Source: a virus. From it: a stretch of DNA of 29,985 nucleotides. Within the stretch, counting starts at the first letter, position 1, and every line of letters begins with the position of its first letter. Both the position numbers and the translations under genes were made by a program. Positions 14,435-24,337 of the stretch are shown piece by piece. Location of the stretch: IMG/VR virus record IMGVR_UViG_3300045988_014270, positions 1-29,985 of that record. One strand, 5' to 3'. The notes beneath the pieces are model-generated. The model made no database searches. It was not told the origin of the DNA and was given only the letters and a program-made list of their open reading frames with translations.

Positions 14435-14863
14435 ATGATTGATCTGGCCATGTGCATGACCCTACAAAACGAGGGTTTCGGCACTTACGGCAAAACACTG
14501 TTCTTCGGAACTAGTCCAGTATTGGACACGGGCAGCGTCACGAACGCCGAAGGCATCTGGGTCAACGCTAACACCGTGGACATCAACGGCGACCTATACA
14601 CCGACCAGCTCACAGTCAGCAGCCGATACTTCGACGTCATCGAACAAGGAAAGTTGATGCTCCGACTCCTGCACTTCATCAACAATCATCTGCATGACTA
14701 TTGCCAACTGACCTGCAACCCCATCGCTGATATTGACTTTGTATCAATCCGCGTGCATCCGGCGACCGCCATCGACATGGACGCCATCGACGGTGAAGGC
14801 CGCTGGGTGAAAAGCATCCGATTCAACGTGGACTACAAGCTCTCCAACGAAACGGTAGAATAG
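14435..14863 (+). CDS. Putative tail terminator/tail completion protein (142 aa)
   Basis: SD AGGAG. Lies immediately upstream of the major tail protein. Call rests on position only. Confidence 0.5.
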   Translation: MIDLAMCMTLQNEGFGTYGKTLFFGTSPVLDTGSVTNAEGIWVNANTVDINGDLYTDQLTVSSRYFDVIEQGKLMLRLLHFINNHLHDYCQLTCNPIADIDFVSIRVHPATAIDMDAIDGEGRWVKSIRFNVDYKLSNETVE

Positions 14864-14916
14864 GAACCGTCCATTAGTCGCGCGCGTGCAGTCCCGCCCG
14901 ACGAAAGGACATTACA

Positions 14917-15744
14917 ATGGCCTCCTACCCTCTGATTGGCAAAAAGACCGTATACATCGATGACCTCGTAATCAGCCCCGACTTCGTGCAGGATGAAGTG
15001 GGCACTATCACCCTGACTCCCGGCACGACCGAGGTTTCTTCGCAGTCCGGCACCATCAACGTGCCGAACGGCTCATATGAGGAAATGAGTTTCGAGATCA
15101 ACATCATCTGTCCGAGCGTTCGTTTCCTCGGTATGTTGTTCCCGGAGCTGTACCATAATGCGAAGTTCAAGCGGGTTATCTCCGGTTCGATGTCCGAGAC
15201 GGGTCAGGTACGTTTTGGTGGCAACGAATGCGTCTCGAACACCCCGAAGGACATCATCATCCATAATGTGTGTGATGGTCATTCGTCGGCACAGGACTTC
15301 CGTATCCCGCAGGCGCTAATCAGCGCGGGCGGCGAGTTCAAGGTGAGCCTGTCCGACCCGTTTGTGATCACACTTTCCGGCTCGATGACCTCCGGTGCAA
15401 ACGGTGCCGTGGTCATGGGCGAGCTTGATCTTGATAACCCGTCGTACTACGACGAAGATTCCGGCACTATCAAGACGGGTAATGTTCAGGTCACAGCGCT
15501 TACCGCGTCCCCGACGAACATTTCCGGCAAAGTCGACGATCATGTGACGGTCAATGTGGTGGCCTCCCCGAACGGTGCGACTGGCAGCATCACCGCCACG
15601 GTAGCCGACACCGGGAAGGCCACCGCCACGGACAACGGGGATGGCACTTGGGATATTCAGTTGAAGCAGGCCGGTGCGGGTACCGTCACGTTCAAGAGCG
15701 GTAGTGTGCAGACCGTGGTCAACTTCAACATCAAAAGTAATTGA
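14917..15744 (+). CDS. Major tail protein with C-terminal Ig-like domain
   Basis: Located before the chaperones and tape measure. The C-terminal ~85 aa (VTALTASPTNISGKVDDHVTVNVVASP...TVTFKSGSV) is Big_2-like. SD GAAAGGA. Confidence 0.7.
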   Translation: MASYPLIGKKTVYIDDLVISPDFVQDEVGTITLTPGTTEVSSQSGTINVPNGSYEEMSFEINIICPSVRFLGMLFPELYHNAKFKRVISGSMSETGQVRFGGNECVSNTPKDIIIHNVCDGHSSAQDFRIPQALISAGGEFKVSLSDPFVITLSGSMTSGANGAVVMGELDLDNPSYYDEDSGTIKTGNVQVTALTASPTNISGKVDDHVTVNVVASPNGATGSITATVADTGKATATDNGDGTWDIQLKQAGAGTVTFKSGSVQTVVNFNIKSN

Positions 15745-15754
15745 GCATAAGGAA

Positions 15755-15784
15755 CGCCCGCTACCAGAATTGTGGTGGCGGGCG
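15755..15784 (+). terminator. GC-rich hairpin after the major tail gene (terminator/attenuator candidate, no T-tract)
   Basis: CGCCCGCTACCA / TGGTGGCGGGCG is a 12-bp stem (one G.U) with loop GAATTG. It is followed by CAGGATGG rather than a U-run. Confidence 0.4.
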
Positions 15785-15845
15785 CAGGATGGAAAGGTTG
15801 CAAGAAAAGCAACATGATTCATGATACCACCCGATTGGAGCAATA

Positions 15846-16199
15846 ATGACTACCCCGGTTTTGAGCATCGACACCCGCGAAGCGTTCCGCACCCTCACCG
15901 TGAAGCTTGACGGCACCGTGTACACCATGCGACCGCTCGGCTCGAAAGACATGCTCACCATGTTGGATAACGCGGAGACTATCGACAAACTAAGCACTGG
16001 CGTTGCGAACCGTGAGACTTTGGAAACCGCCGAAAAGATCATCTTCCCACTGGCTGAAAGCCTTATGAGTCCCGCTGATAAGTTTTCCGACTGGAAGGTG
16101 AAGACGCGGGAGCGTAGCGACCTCGCCTATCAGCGTGCCATGACCGCGTTATGCGGGCTCATGGCGAAGAACATCACGGTTGACATCAAGGGCGAATAA
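15846..16199 (+). CDS. Tail assembly chaperone (G-like)
   Basis: Lies between the major tail gene and the tape measure. SD TTGGAG. Confidence 0.65.
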   Translation: MTTPVLSIDTREAFRTLTVKLDGTVYTMRPLGSKDMLTMLDNAETIDKLSTGVANRETLETAEKIIFPLAESLMSPADKFSDWKVKTRERSDLAYQRAMTALCGLMAKNITVDIKGE

Positions 16200-16529
16200 A
16201 TGAGGTCGTGGGATAGTCTGCTCACTCCCGCCGAACGGGAGGCGATGAAGGATTACAAACGGAAAGAGGCGTCCAGCAAACCGCTTCCGAGCGTTAACAT
16301 TCTCGCTGAATTGGGTGACGTGTATGGGTGGCAGGCTATCCGCGACGTGTTGGAAAACAAGGTTGACCCAGACCTTATGATGAGACTGCTTCGGGAGGGA
16401 CGCCGTATCAAACGGCGGCGATTGGCTGAACAATACCGGATGACGTTCAATTGCATCGCCGCCGCGCTATCCAAACATGGCGACCAGAAGATAACCAGTA
16501 TCATCAATAATCTTGTGAAGGACTTGTGA
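16200..16529 (+). CDS. Second tail assembly chaperone ORF (T-like), same frame as 15846..16199
   Basis: The ATG directly follows the TAA of the upstream ORF (TAAATG). 16200-15846 is divisible by 3. Its TGA overlaps the tape measure start. Confidence 0.55.
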   Translation: MRSWDSLLTPAEREAMKDYKRKEASSKPLPSVNILAELGDVYGWQAIRDVLENKVDPDLMMRLLREGRRIKRRRLAEQYRMTFNCIAAALSKHGDQKITSIINNLVKDL

Positions 16530-18757
16530 TGGCAGACTCGACACTGACCCTAGACGCCGAGATCAACACCGGCGATTGGAACGCTGGCGTCAAGGATATT
16601 GAATCGGGGAGCCGTCAAATCGAAACGTCGGCGCGGCAAGCTGATGGAGCGCTGGGTAACGTTGACAAGTCGGCTGGCAAATCTTCCAGCGGGTTCGGAA
16701 AGTTCGGTGTAGTCGCCGGTGCCGTTGGCGGTCTCGTATCCTCTGGTATCAGTATGGCGGTTGATGCGATTGGCGACCTTACCGGCGATATCGTGGAAGC
16801 ATCCGATTCGGCGAACAAGTTCAAAAGCACTCTGAACTTTGCCGGTCTGGATACCAGTACTATTGACGCGCTTACTGCAAGCACTCAGACATACGCCGAC
16901 CAGACCGTGTATTCCATCAGTGATATTCGCAACGTGACCGCCCAGCTTGCCGCGAACGGCGTACAGGGCTTCGACAAACTAGCTGAAGCCGCTGGTAATC
17001 TGAACGCTGTCGCCGGTGGTAACGCGGAAACTTTCAGCTCGGTCGGTATGGTGCTTACGCAGACCGCTGGCGCTGGCAAGCTCACCACGGAGAACTGGAA
17101 CCAGCTAGCCGACGCCATCCCCGGTGCTTCCGGAAAACTTCAGGAAGCCATGCTCAAGAACGGTGCTTATACCGGTAACTTCCGCAAAGCGATGGAAGAA
17201 GGCGAGATCAGCGCGGATGAATTCAATCAAGCCATAATGGACTTGGGTATGACGGACGCCGCTAAAGAGGCCGCGACCAGCACCAGCACCATTGAAGGTG
17301 CTATGGGCAACCTCGAAGCGTCCGTGGTCGGCGTGGGAACTACGATTCTTGACCAGTTTAAAGGCCCGCTGACATCCGGCATTAGTATTGTGGCTGAGAG
17401 AATCAGCGGGCTTAGTGGCGTGTTTATCGGACTGGTGCAGACCCTCGGCCCGATTGTCTCACAGATCGGCACAACGTTCCAGACCGCTTTTCAACCGGTT
17501 GTAGGAATCGTGCAATCTCAGTTGCTTCCGGCGTTCAAACCACTTATGAGCGCCCTACAGAATCTCGGCAATGCCATCATGCCTGTACTCCAGAGCATTG
17601 CACCAGTGTTGGGTACCGTAGCGAGCGACATCGTGCAAACTATGAGTAGTGTCGCAACTGCGGTAACGCCTGTGATTAATAACATCGCCTCGTCGATTAA
17701 GACGGTGCTCCCGGCGCTTCAACCGCTTATGGGTGCTTTGCAGAATCTCAACAATGCCGTTATGCCTGTCATCATGGCCGCGATTCAGAACATTGCACCC
17801 GTGTTGTCTACCATAGTGAACAACATCATGCAAACTATGAGCGTTGTCGCAACTGCGGTAACACCGGTGATTAATAACATCGCTACGTTGATTCAGGCCG
17901 TGCTACCCGCCATCCAATCAGCGTTCCAAATCTGGGGCACTTACATTCAGGGTGTTATTAACGCGGTTTTCCCCTACATCCAAACGGTTATCACGTCCGT
18001 CATGGATGTTATCAACGCGATAATCAACACAGTATTGGCCGCGATTAACGGCGACTGGTCTGGAGTGTGGGAGGGAATCAAGAATATCGTTTCCAGTGTT
18101 TGGAACGGTATCCAAAGTATCGTTTCCAGTGGCCTCAATGCAATGTCTGGAATCGTTTCAAGCGTCCTGAACGCCATCAGCGGTATTTTCGGCAATGTAT
18201 GGAACAGTATCAAGGGCGCGGTGAGCGCCGCGTGGAACGGCATCACAAGCGCTGTCAGCAGTGGCGTTAGTTCCATGATGAGCTTCATCACCAGTATTCC
18301 GAGCCGTATCATGGGCGTGTTCAGCGGAGCCGGATCATGGTTGCTGAGCGCTGGCCAGAACATTATTCAGGGTCTGGTTAACGGCATTAAGAACGCCATC
18401 GGCGGAGCCATTTCAGCGGTCAAGGATGCGGTCGGCAACGTTATCGACGCTGCCAAAAACATACTGGGCATCCACTCCCCGTCGAAGGTTTTCGACCGTG
18501 AGATTGGTCGGATGATTCCGGCTGGTCTTGGACGTGGCGTAACGGAGAACGAGCGTGCGGCCACTCGACCGGTGGAAGACATGGTGGACTCGCTTCTTCC
18601 ATCGTCCATTGTGACGCCCATGCCTGTCATGTCTAGCCCGGTGCCTGTGAATATGAACAGTGGCCCGCGTGTGAGCGCGCCTATCACGGTGAACGCTCTT
18701 GACCCGAACGCGGCTGCTCGGGAAACCGTGAGGGTGATTAATTTCCATTACGTGTGA
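16529..18757 (+). CDS. Tape measure protein
   Basis: 742 aa, Ala/Gly/Ser/Val-rich with internal repeats. Located downstream of the chaperones. Start is ATG 16529 (GTGATG; GTG 16526 is also possible). Confidence 0.85.
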   Translation: MADSTLTLDAEINTGDWNAGVKDIESGSRQIETSARQADGALGNVDKSAGKSSSGFGKFGVVAGAVGGLVSSGISMAVDAIGDLTGDIVEASDSANKFKSTLNFAGLDTSTIDALTASTQTYADQTVYSISDIRNVTAQLAANGVQGFDKLAEAAGNLNAVAGGNAETFSSVGMVLTQTAGAGKLTTENWNQLADAIPGASGKLQEAMLKNGAYTGNFRKAMEEGEISADEFNQAIMDLGMTDAAKEAATSTSTIEGAMGNLEASVVGVGTTILDQFKGPLTSGISIVAERISGLSGVFIGLVQTLGPIVSQIGTTFQTAFQPVVGIVQSQLLPAFKPLMSALQNLGNAIMPVLQSIAPVLGTVASDIVQTMSSVATAVTPVINNIASSIKTVLPALQPLMGALQNLNNAVMPVIMAAIQNIAPVLSTIVNNIMQTMSVVATAVTPVINNIATLIQAVLPAIQSAFQIWGTYIQGVINAVFPYIQTVITSVMDVINAIINTVLAAINGDWSGVWEGIKNIVSSVWNGIQSIVSSGLNAMSGIVSSVLNAISGIFGNVWNSIKGAVSAAWNGITSAVSSGVSSMMSFITSIPSRIMGVFSGAGSWLLSAGQNIIQGLVNGIKNAIGGAISAVKDAVGNVIDAAKNILGIHSPSKVFDREIGRMIPAGLGRGVTENERAATRPVEDMVDSLLPSSIVTPMPVMSSPVPVNMNSGPRVSAPITVNALDPNAAARETVRVINFHYV
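17525..17902 (+). repeat. Internal tandem duplication in the tape measure gene (~183 and ~195 bp units)
   Basis: LPAFKPLMSALQNLGNAIMPV...TAVTPVINNIASSIKTV is repeated as LPALQPLMGALQNLNNAVMPV...TAVTPVINNIATLIQAV. The DNA units start at 17525 and 17708. Confidence 0.8.
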
Positions 18758-18782
18758 CAAGCCGCGCGGGTAGACTGAGGGT

Positions 18783-19676
18783 ATGGCTATCTTTACCCTT
18801 GACCCGCGCGACGTTCGTATGACCCTGAACGGGTTCCCCTTGTATGGGACTGACTCATACGGGTGCGAGTGGCACGTGACGTTCCAGAACGTCTCAGGAT
18901 TGTTCGACGGCGTTGGCTCGACCTTGCAGACCAAGGAAAAAGCATGGTCGGACGGTTGGTTCAGCAATATTCCCGTGGCTCAGGGGCGTTCAATCGCCAT
19001 TGAGGGTCATATCATCGGCAGATGCACGGAAAACTGTATCAACGCTTGGGATGCGTTCAAACGGTCGTTTAACATCACCAGTCAGTCTCTTGTAGTGGAA
19101 TTGGGGAACATCAGCCGTCAGGTGCAGGTCATGCAATCGTCTTCCGCCCCATTGGTGGAGTGGGCTGGCGTCAACATCCTTAAATTCAGTGTCGGATTAA
19201 CAGCTTTGGACTCGTATCTTTACGATACGCAGTCGGTGAGCGGTAATACTGGTCTGCCAAACAGTCAGGGCGGTATGACGTTCCCCTATCATTTCGAGGA
19301 CATCAACACGCGCAATGGGTCTACGTGGGTCTGGTCTGAAACAACCGTGTCCGGTAGCGTGCGCCTCACGAATACGGGTAGCGCTCCTAGCCCGGTGACT
19401 ATTCGTATCGATGGGCCTGTAGTCAATCCGCAGGTTGAGCATAGTCCGAGCGGGCATATCATGGCGTTCGACATCAGTTTGGGTGAAGGTCACTACATTC
19501 TTATCAACGGTGCCACACATGAGATTCTTATTGATGGGACCGACCCGGCACGTGGCAGTGTGATCCGGCGTGAATGGAGTTACGCGGGAATCGGGGAGAA
19601 TGTTTGGATGTTCAGCGCCGAGGAACCATCGAGTAACGCGCGTATGACGGTCACGTTCAACCCGGCTTACATCTAA
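18783..19676 (+). CDS. Distal tail protein (Dit-like)
   Basis: First gene after the tape measure, about 300 aa. SD GAGGG. Confidence 0.6.
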   Translation: MAIFTLDPRDVRMTLNGFPLYGTDSYGCEWHVTFQNVSGLFDGVGSTLQTKEKAWSDGWFSNIPVAQGRSIAIEGHIIGRCTENCINAWDAFKRSFNITSQSLVVELGNISRQVQVMQSSSAPLVEWAGVNILKFSVGLTALDSYLYDTQSVSGNTGLPNSQGGMTFPYHFEDINTRNGSTWVWSETTVSGSVRLTNTGSAPSPVTIRIDGPVVNPQVEHSPSGHIMAFDISLGEGHYILINGATHEILIDGTDPARGSVIRREWSYAGIGENVWMFSAEEPSSNARMTVTFNPAYI

Positions 19677-19688
19677 AGGAGGTAGCGC

Positions 19689-20828
19689 ATGTCTTTTATC
19701 TCTAACCGATTGCCGCAGGCGAACGGATTATCCTCGGGCACGGAGCGTGTATTGTGGCAGCGTTCCGGCTTGCAGTTCGTGGCCGTCACATTGGATGACG
19801 GCACTGTGATAGCCGAACTCCCCGACCTCCAACTAACCCATGTGACGTATCGTTTCGAGGAAACGACCAGCGAAACGGCCACTCTCCCGTGGCGCAACGC
19901 TCCCCGCAACTGGGATGAAGCCACCACACCGTATCAGGCCGCCATACTACTGGTACGTGAATCTACCGTGTTGTGGGGCGGTATCGTGGTCAAACGCGAG
20001 CGTGCAATGCGCGGCGACGGATTGACGTTGACACTGGCAACCGTCGAACACTATCTCGATAACGTGTACGTGCAGGATCACACGTACACGAATCGAGACC
20101 AGTGCGAGATAGTGGAAGACCTCGTAACCACCACGCTTGCGAACCACCGGTTTAATCTCGTTGTCGAAGCGTCCCCGAGTAAGATCAAACGCGACCGCAC
20201 GTATGAGGCCGAAAGCGACAAAACACTGCTAAGCGTGTTGCAGGAGCTTGCCAACGTGTTGAACGGTCCTGAATGGTGTACATCATGGCGGGCCATCAAC
20301 GACGGCCATTATGAGCCGGTCATGACGGTAGCCGACCGTATCGGTTCCACCACGCCAAGCACCACGTTCGATGAAAGCGTCATGACCACGTTCACCCTGC
20401 TGGAGGATTACACTAACGGGTATGGTGCTAACGCGGTCATGGCAGTGAGTACGGCTGACGCGGGTGACCGTCCCCAGTCCGATTGGATGATCGCGGATCA
20501 GCCCCACCGGCCTCGGCTCGAATATGTGTTCCAACCGTCTACAAGCATCAAGAACAAGAGTACGTTGAACGAACATGCCAAGTCCTCGTTGTTGCAGATG
20601 CGGAACGGTATCCAGACCATCACAATGGGCTTGAGTCTGCTATCCGCTCCAATGGTGTACGAGGAGTGGAAGCCGGGCGACCTTATCTCATGGACTGTGG
20701 AGGAAGACGCCGAGCATTTCCCCGACTATAATCACGGTTCCGCCCGTATCATCGGCTACGAGATTGATTTCAGTCAGTCGTGGACTATCACGCCTACATT
20801 GCAACAGGAGGATAATAATGCCGAGTAA
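19689..20828 (+). CDS. Tail-associated/baseplate hub protein (Tal-like N-terminal domain only)
   Basis: Second gene after the tape measure. SD AAGGAGG. 379 aa with no recognisable lysin domain. Confidence 0.55.
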   Translation: MSFISNRLPQANGLSSGTERVLWQRSGLQFVAVTLDDGTVIAELPDLQLTHVTYRFEETTSETATLPWRNAPRNWDEATTPYQAAILLVRESTVLWGGIVVKRERAMRGDGLTLTLATVEHYLDNVYVQDHTYTNRDQCEIVEDLVTTTLANHRFNLVVEASPSKIKRDRTYEAESDKTLLSVLQELANVLNGPEWCTSWRAINDGHYEPVMTVADRIGSTTPSTTFDESVMTTFTLLEDYTNGYGANAVMAVSTADAGDRPQSDWMIADQPHRPRLEYVFQPSTSIKNKSTLNEHAKSSLLQMRNGIQTITMGLSLLSAPMVYEEWKPGDLISWTVEEDAEHFPDYNHGSARIIGYEIDFSQSWTITPTLQQEDNNAE

Positions 20829-21546
20829 ATTCAAGTTCAGTCTCGATAGCGCGGACGCGACCGCCCGCCAGTTTTCGGACATCAAACGCCAGTTGCAGGA
20901 ATTGCCGCCGAGCATCGTCAACAGCGTTAAGCCTATGGTCGATCAGATCACTCAAATGTTTGAGGAAGTGCAGACGTTGACGAACAATCTTGACCAGCGT
21001 GTGCAGGAAAGTATCACCCGCAACAGTTACACACGTTCCGAGATTGACGCTAAAACGCAGGAATGGAACTGGGGGGTATTGGCTCCGAATCGTGGTGGTA
21101 CTGGTACCGGCAACGCCTACAATAACTTGTTTACGTCCGGCCAATGGCGTGCCGCGTGGATATTGTCTAACGGCACTATGGGCACGGCGCAGTCGATTCG
21201 TGCGGTGAAGACCGATATCGTGGACGCCGACGATTACATTCCTGTTGATGCTCTCCGCAAGGTGAAGTGGTGCATCTATCGGATGAAGGATGACAAGAAC
21301 CTGAACCTTGATGACGCTCAACCAAGGGTAGGCATGATTGCCGACGATATGGACGAAAACGGTCTGGGTTTCTTCTGCGAATACAATGATGACGGTACTC
21401 TAACGGGTATCAATTATCCGATGTTGGGAGTGGCGGCGCTCAGGTTGGCTCAAATGGTGGCGGATGACTTGGACGCGCTCAAGGCCAAGGTTGAGACGCT
21501 ATCCAACGGCAAAGATAAAATGAGTGTAGACGATTCGGAGGAATGA
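20818..21546 (+). CDS. Tail fiber/spike protein with C-terminal intramolecular chaperone (Peptidase_S74-like) domain
   Basis: SD CAGGAGG upstream of ATG 20818. The C-terminus SIRAVKTDIVDADDYIPVDALRKVKWCIYRMKDD...PRVGMIADDMDENG...INYPMLGVAALRLAQMV...LKAKVETL fits the S74 auto-cleaving chaperone pattern. Confidence 0.7.
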   Translation: MPSKFKFSLDSADATARQFSDIKRQLQELPPSIVNSVKPMVDQITQMFEEVQTLTNNLDQRVQESITRNSYTRSEIDAKTQEWNWGVLAPNRGGTGTGNAYNNLFTSGQWRAAWILSNGTMGTAQSIRAVKTDIVDADDYIPVDALRKVKWCIYRMKDDKNLNLDDAQPRVGMIADDMDENGLGFFCEYNDDGTLTGINYPMLGVAALRLAQMVADDLDALKAKVETLSNGKDKMSVDDSEE

Positions 21547-21548
21547 TT

Positions 21549-22556
21549 ATGGCTATCATCATGCACCCGCTTACCGCGAAGAACGGTTCCCCACAGTATA
21601 CGGCGGATGATTACAGGCACGCCATCAATCCTCTGTTAGTCCCGTCTGATGGTACCGCGTTCAATGGTTTGTCTGGAATCCGCTACGGTTCCCCGAGTCC
21701 TCTGGTCACGGTGAGTGGTCTGACTGTTACGGTCAAGCCTCATTGCGGTACCATCAGCCCGTGGGATGGTTTGGGCGCGTACACTTACGCCATCACCACC
21801 AATACGACCGTGCAGTTGGCTAACTCAACCAACAATTACAAGATCGCGGTTACGGTGGAAGACCCGTCACAGTCGCACGGTACGACTCCGCGCGGCAAGA
21901 TCGAGGTGTTCACGGCTGGTACGCCTGACTCGAATATCAACGGTCTTGTTATTGCCAAGGTGAACGCCGGTGTCGCGTCGGATGTGGCCCCGATGATTCG
22001 TAATAACGCGGTTCTGATGGCGCGTGATCTTGCCCAGCTCAACACCATTGACGCGGTGGATGGGCAGGAGGCTGTGACTATTGCCGATAATGCCCATTAT
22101 GCCATGAACAATGGCGAATGGGGGTTGGACGTTCCACGCTACGTGAAAACGAGTTTTCGCAGGACTGACAACAGTCTCAACCTGAACAATAATGCGAGCA
22201 CGCTCATGAATCAGACGATTGTCGGCAACACTCTCGGAGCGACTATACGCCAGACCGGGAGCGGGCAGGCAATCACGTTGAAACGAGGACTGTATCTACT
22301 CATCGCACGCATCCAGATTCAGACTGCCTCGGCAAACCAATGGATGAATATTGGTCTTAACACTTCAGGCGTCAACGTGATAGGCCCCAATAGTGCGGAA
22401 GGCTCAACAAGTGGCTCGTCGGGTTATTCTGGTGTTCAGCTGACTTCTGCCCTTCTCGTGAACTCCAGCGACGCATATGTTTCCGTTAACGTAACGGTGT
22501 CCGGTAATTCGTCCATGCGAACTCCGGGAGAAATGTTAATCGTGGAACTGCGATAA
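21549..22556 (+). CDS. Putative receptor-binding/tail fiber protein (335 aa)
   Basis: Last structural gene. GGAGGA lies 6 nt before ATG 21549; ATG 21543 abuts the SD directly. No family recognised. Confidence 0.55.
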   Translation: MAIIMHPLTAKNGSPQYTADDYRHAINPLLVPSDGTAFNGLSGIRYGSPSPLVTVSGLTVTVKPHCGTISPWDGLGAYTYAITTNTTVQLANSTNNYKIAVTVEDPSQSHGTTPRGKIEVFTAGTPDSNINGLVIAKVNAGVASDVAPMIRNNAVLMARDLAQLNTIDAVDGQEAVTIADNAHYAMNNGEWGLDVPRYVKTSFRRTDNSLNLNNNASTLMNQTIVGNTLGATIRQTGSGQAITLKRGLYLLIARIQIQTASANQWMNIGLNTSGVNVIGPNSAEGSTSGSSGYSGVQLTSALLVNSSDAYVSVNVTVSGNSSMRTPGEMLIVELR

Positions 22557-22589
22557 TGGGCATTATAAGCTCGGTCTAAGATAAAGACT

Positions 22590-22958
22590 ATGACTGATAT
22601 TCTCACGGCAATCATCGGCGTAGGCGGCGTGGCCCTCGGAGGACTCATAACATGGGTAGCCAACCGACGGTCAGACCTGACCAGCGCATATCAGGCACTG
22701 GTCTCGGCGCAAGGGGATATGGAACGGCAGATCGATGCCCAAGACCAGAAGATAGACGCGCTAATCAAGAACCGGGGTGAGTTGCAATACACCATCGACT
22801 TGGAGACGGGTTATATTCGTGCGTTGGGGCACTGGTTATCACAATTCTGCGATATCATCGAACCTGAATTTTTGGAGAATCATCCTAAACCGTCGTTGCC
22901 CGATGATCTACGCGACCGTATCGCGTCCCTTGATGAACTGGCCGGAGATAATAAATAG
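22590..22958 (+). CDS. Membrane-anchored coiled-coil protein, lysis-cassette associated (122 aa)
   Basis: N-terminal TM ILTAIIGVGGVALGGLITWVA followed by a heptad-like region. Lies immediately upstream of the endolysin. Confidence 0.55.
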   Translation: MTDILTAIIGVGGVALGGLITWVANRRSDLTSAYQALVSAQGDMERQIDAQDQKIDALIKNRGELQYTIDLETGYIRALGHWLSQFCDIIEPEFLENHPKPSLPDDLRDRIASLDELAGDNK

Positions 22959-23020
22959 CCGAGCCTAATACGCATTATCGGTAATAATAATCTCGATTCG
23001 TTCGATGCTAAGATAATCCT

Positions 23021-23152
23021 ATGAGACGTTTCAAACGGTGCGTGATTCTTGTATTCTCGCTCGCCGCCGTCTCGTTGATAGTCCACGTCCTGATAACGAC
23101 CTACGCCGTTTTATGCATGGCGTGGCTGTTCTTCTACGCAATCAGTCTATAG
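23021..23152 (+). CDS. Small hydrophobic ORF (43 aa), possible holin/antiholin-like
   Basis: Hand-translated: [43 protein letters not shown]. No clear SD. Its stop lies 12 nt before the endolysin ATG. Confidence 0.3.
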   Translation: MRRFKRCVILVFSLAAVSLIVHVLITTYAVLCMAWLFFYAISL

Positions 23153-23163
23153 GAGGAGTTGTA

Positions 23164-24315
23164 ATGGCTTTGAACGGTATCGACATCAGCAATTGGCAGG
23201 CTGGTATCGACCTGTCTGTTGTACCGTGTGATTTCGTCATCAGCAAAGCGACGGAGGGATGCTGGTACGTGTCAGCGGATTGCGCTCGGCAAGTGGAACA
23301 GGCGTTGAGTCTGGGAAAGTGTGTGGGCGTATACCATTACGCCAACGGCGGTGACGCTGTTTCCGAGGCTGACTATTTCGTGAACAATTGCGCGAATTGG
23401 GTCGGCAAGGTTGTATGGTGCTTGGACTGGGAGCAACAGGGTAACGGACTATTCGGGTCTGGCGCGCCTGCGCAACAGTGGATTAGATCGTTCTGTGATC
23501 GCGTGTACGAGCGTACAGGCTCCCAGCCTATCGTCTACACGGGCGCGTCCATGCTTAACGACGTGCAGAACATTGGAGACCGTGGCTTATGGGTAGCCCA
23601 GTATGCGAATATGGATGTTACGGGGTATCAGGATACGCCGTGGAACGAGGGCGCGTATGCGTGCGCTATCCGCCAGTATTCGGGTAATGGTCGTTTGCCC
23701 GGATATTCAGGTAGTCTTGACCTTGACAAGTTCTATGGTGATGTGAATGCTTGGAATGCGTATAAGGCTGGTCATTCGACTGTGACCAACGTGCCGACGC
23801 CTGCCGCTCCTGCCCCGTCTACTCCAGCGTCTGACACGTATATCGTGCGTTCCGGTGACACGTTGAGTGGTATCGCGTCGATGTATGGGACTAGCTGGCA
23901 GGTGTTGGCGCAGATCAATAATCTGTCTGACCCTAATATGATTTATCCGGGTCAGGTGCTGAAGATCAATGGCACTGCCAATACGGTTCAGCCCGGTAGC
24001 GGCACGTATACGGTTCAATCCGGTGACACGTTGAGTGGTATCGCCGCCCAGTACGGGGCTTCGTGGCAGACTCTCCAGCAGCTTAACGGTATTGCCGACC
24101 CGAATCTGATTTATCCGGGTCAAGTGTTGAAAGTGCCGGGCGGCGCACCGGCACCGGCACCGGCCCCGTCCGTCACAACGTACACTATCCAGCCCGGTGA
24201 CACGTTGAGTGGTATCGCCGCCCAGTACGGTACCAGTGTTTCCAGTCTGGTGGCGTTGAATGGTATCGCCAATCCTGATGTGATCTACGCGGGACAGACG
24301 ATTCGCGTCAAGTAG
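23164..24315 (+). CDS. Endolysin: GH25 muramidase + three LysM domains
   Basis: [18 protein letters not shown]...ISKATEG...VGVYHY is a GH25 signature. Three GDTLSGIA...YPGQ LysM repeats are separated by Pro/Ala linkers. Confidence 0.9.
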   Translation: MALNGIDISNWQAGIDLSVVPCDFVISKATEGCWYVSADCARQVEQALSLGKCVGVYHYANGGDAVSEADYFVNNCANWVGKVVWCLDWEQQGNGLFGSGAPAQQWIRSFCDRVYERTGSQPIVYTGASMLNDVQNIGDRGLWVAQYANMDVTGYQDTPWNEGAYACAIRQYSGNGRLPGYSGSLDLDKFYGDVNAWNAYKAGHSTVTNVPTPAAPAPSTPASDTYIVRSGDTLSGIASMYGTSWQVLAQINNLSDPNMIYPGQVLKINGTANTVQPGSGTYTVQSGDTLSGIAAQYGASWQTLQQLNGIADPNLIYPGQVLKVPGGAPAPAPAPSVTTYTIQPGDTLSGIAAQYGTSVSSLVALNGIANPDVIYAGQTIRVK

Positions 24316-24337
24316 ACTATTCGATAGGAGGTTTGTT

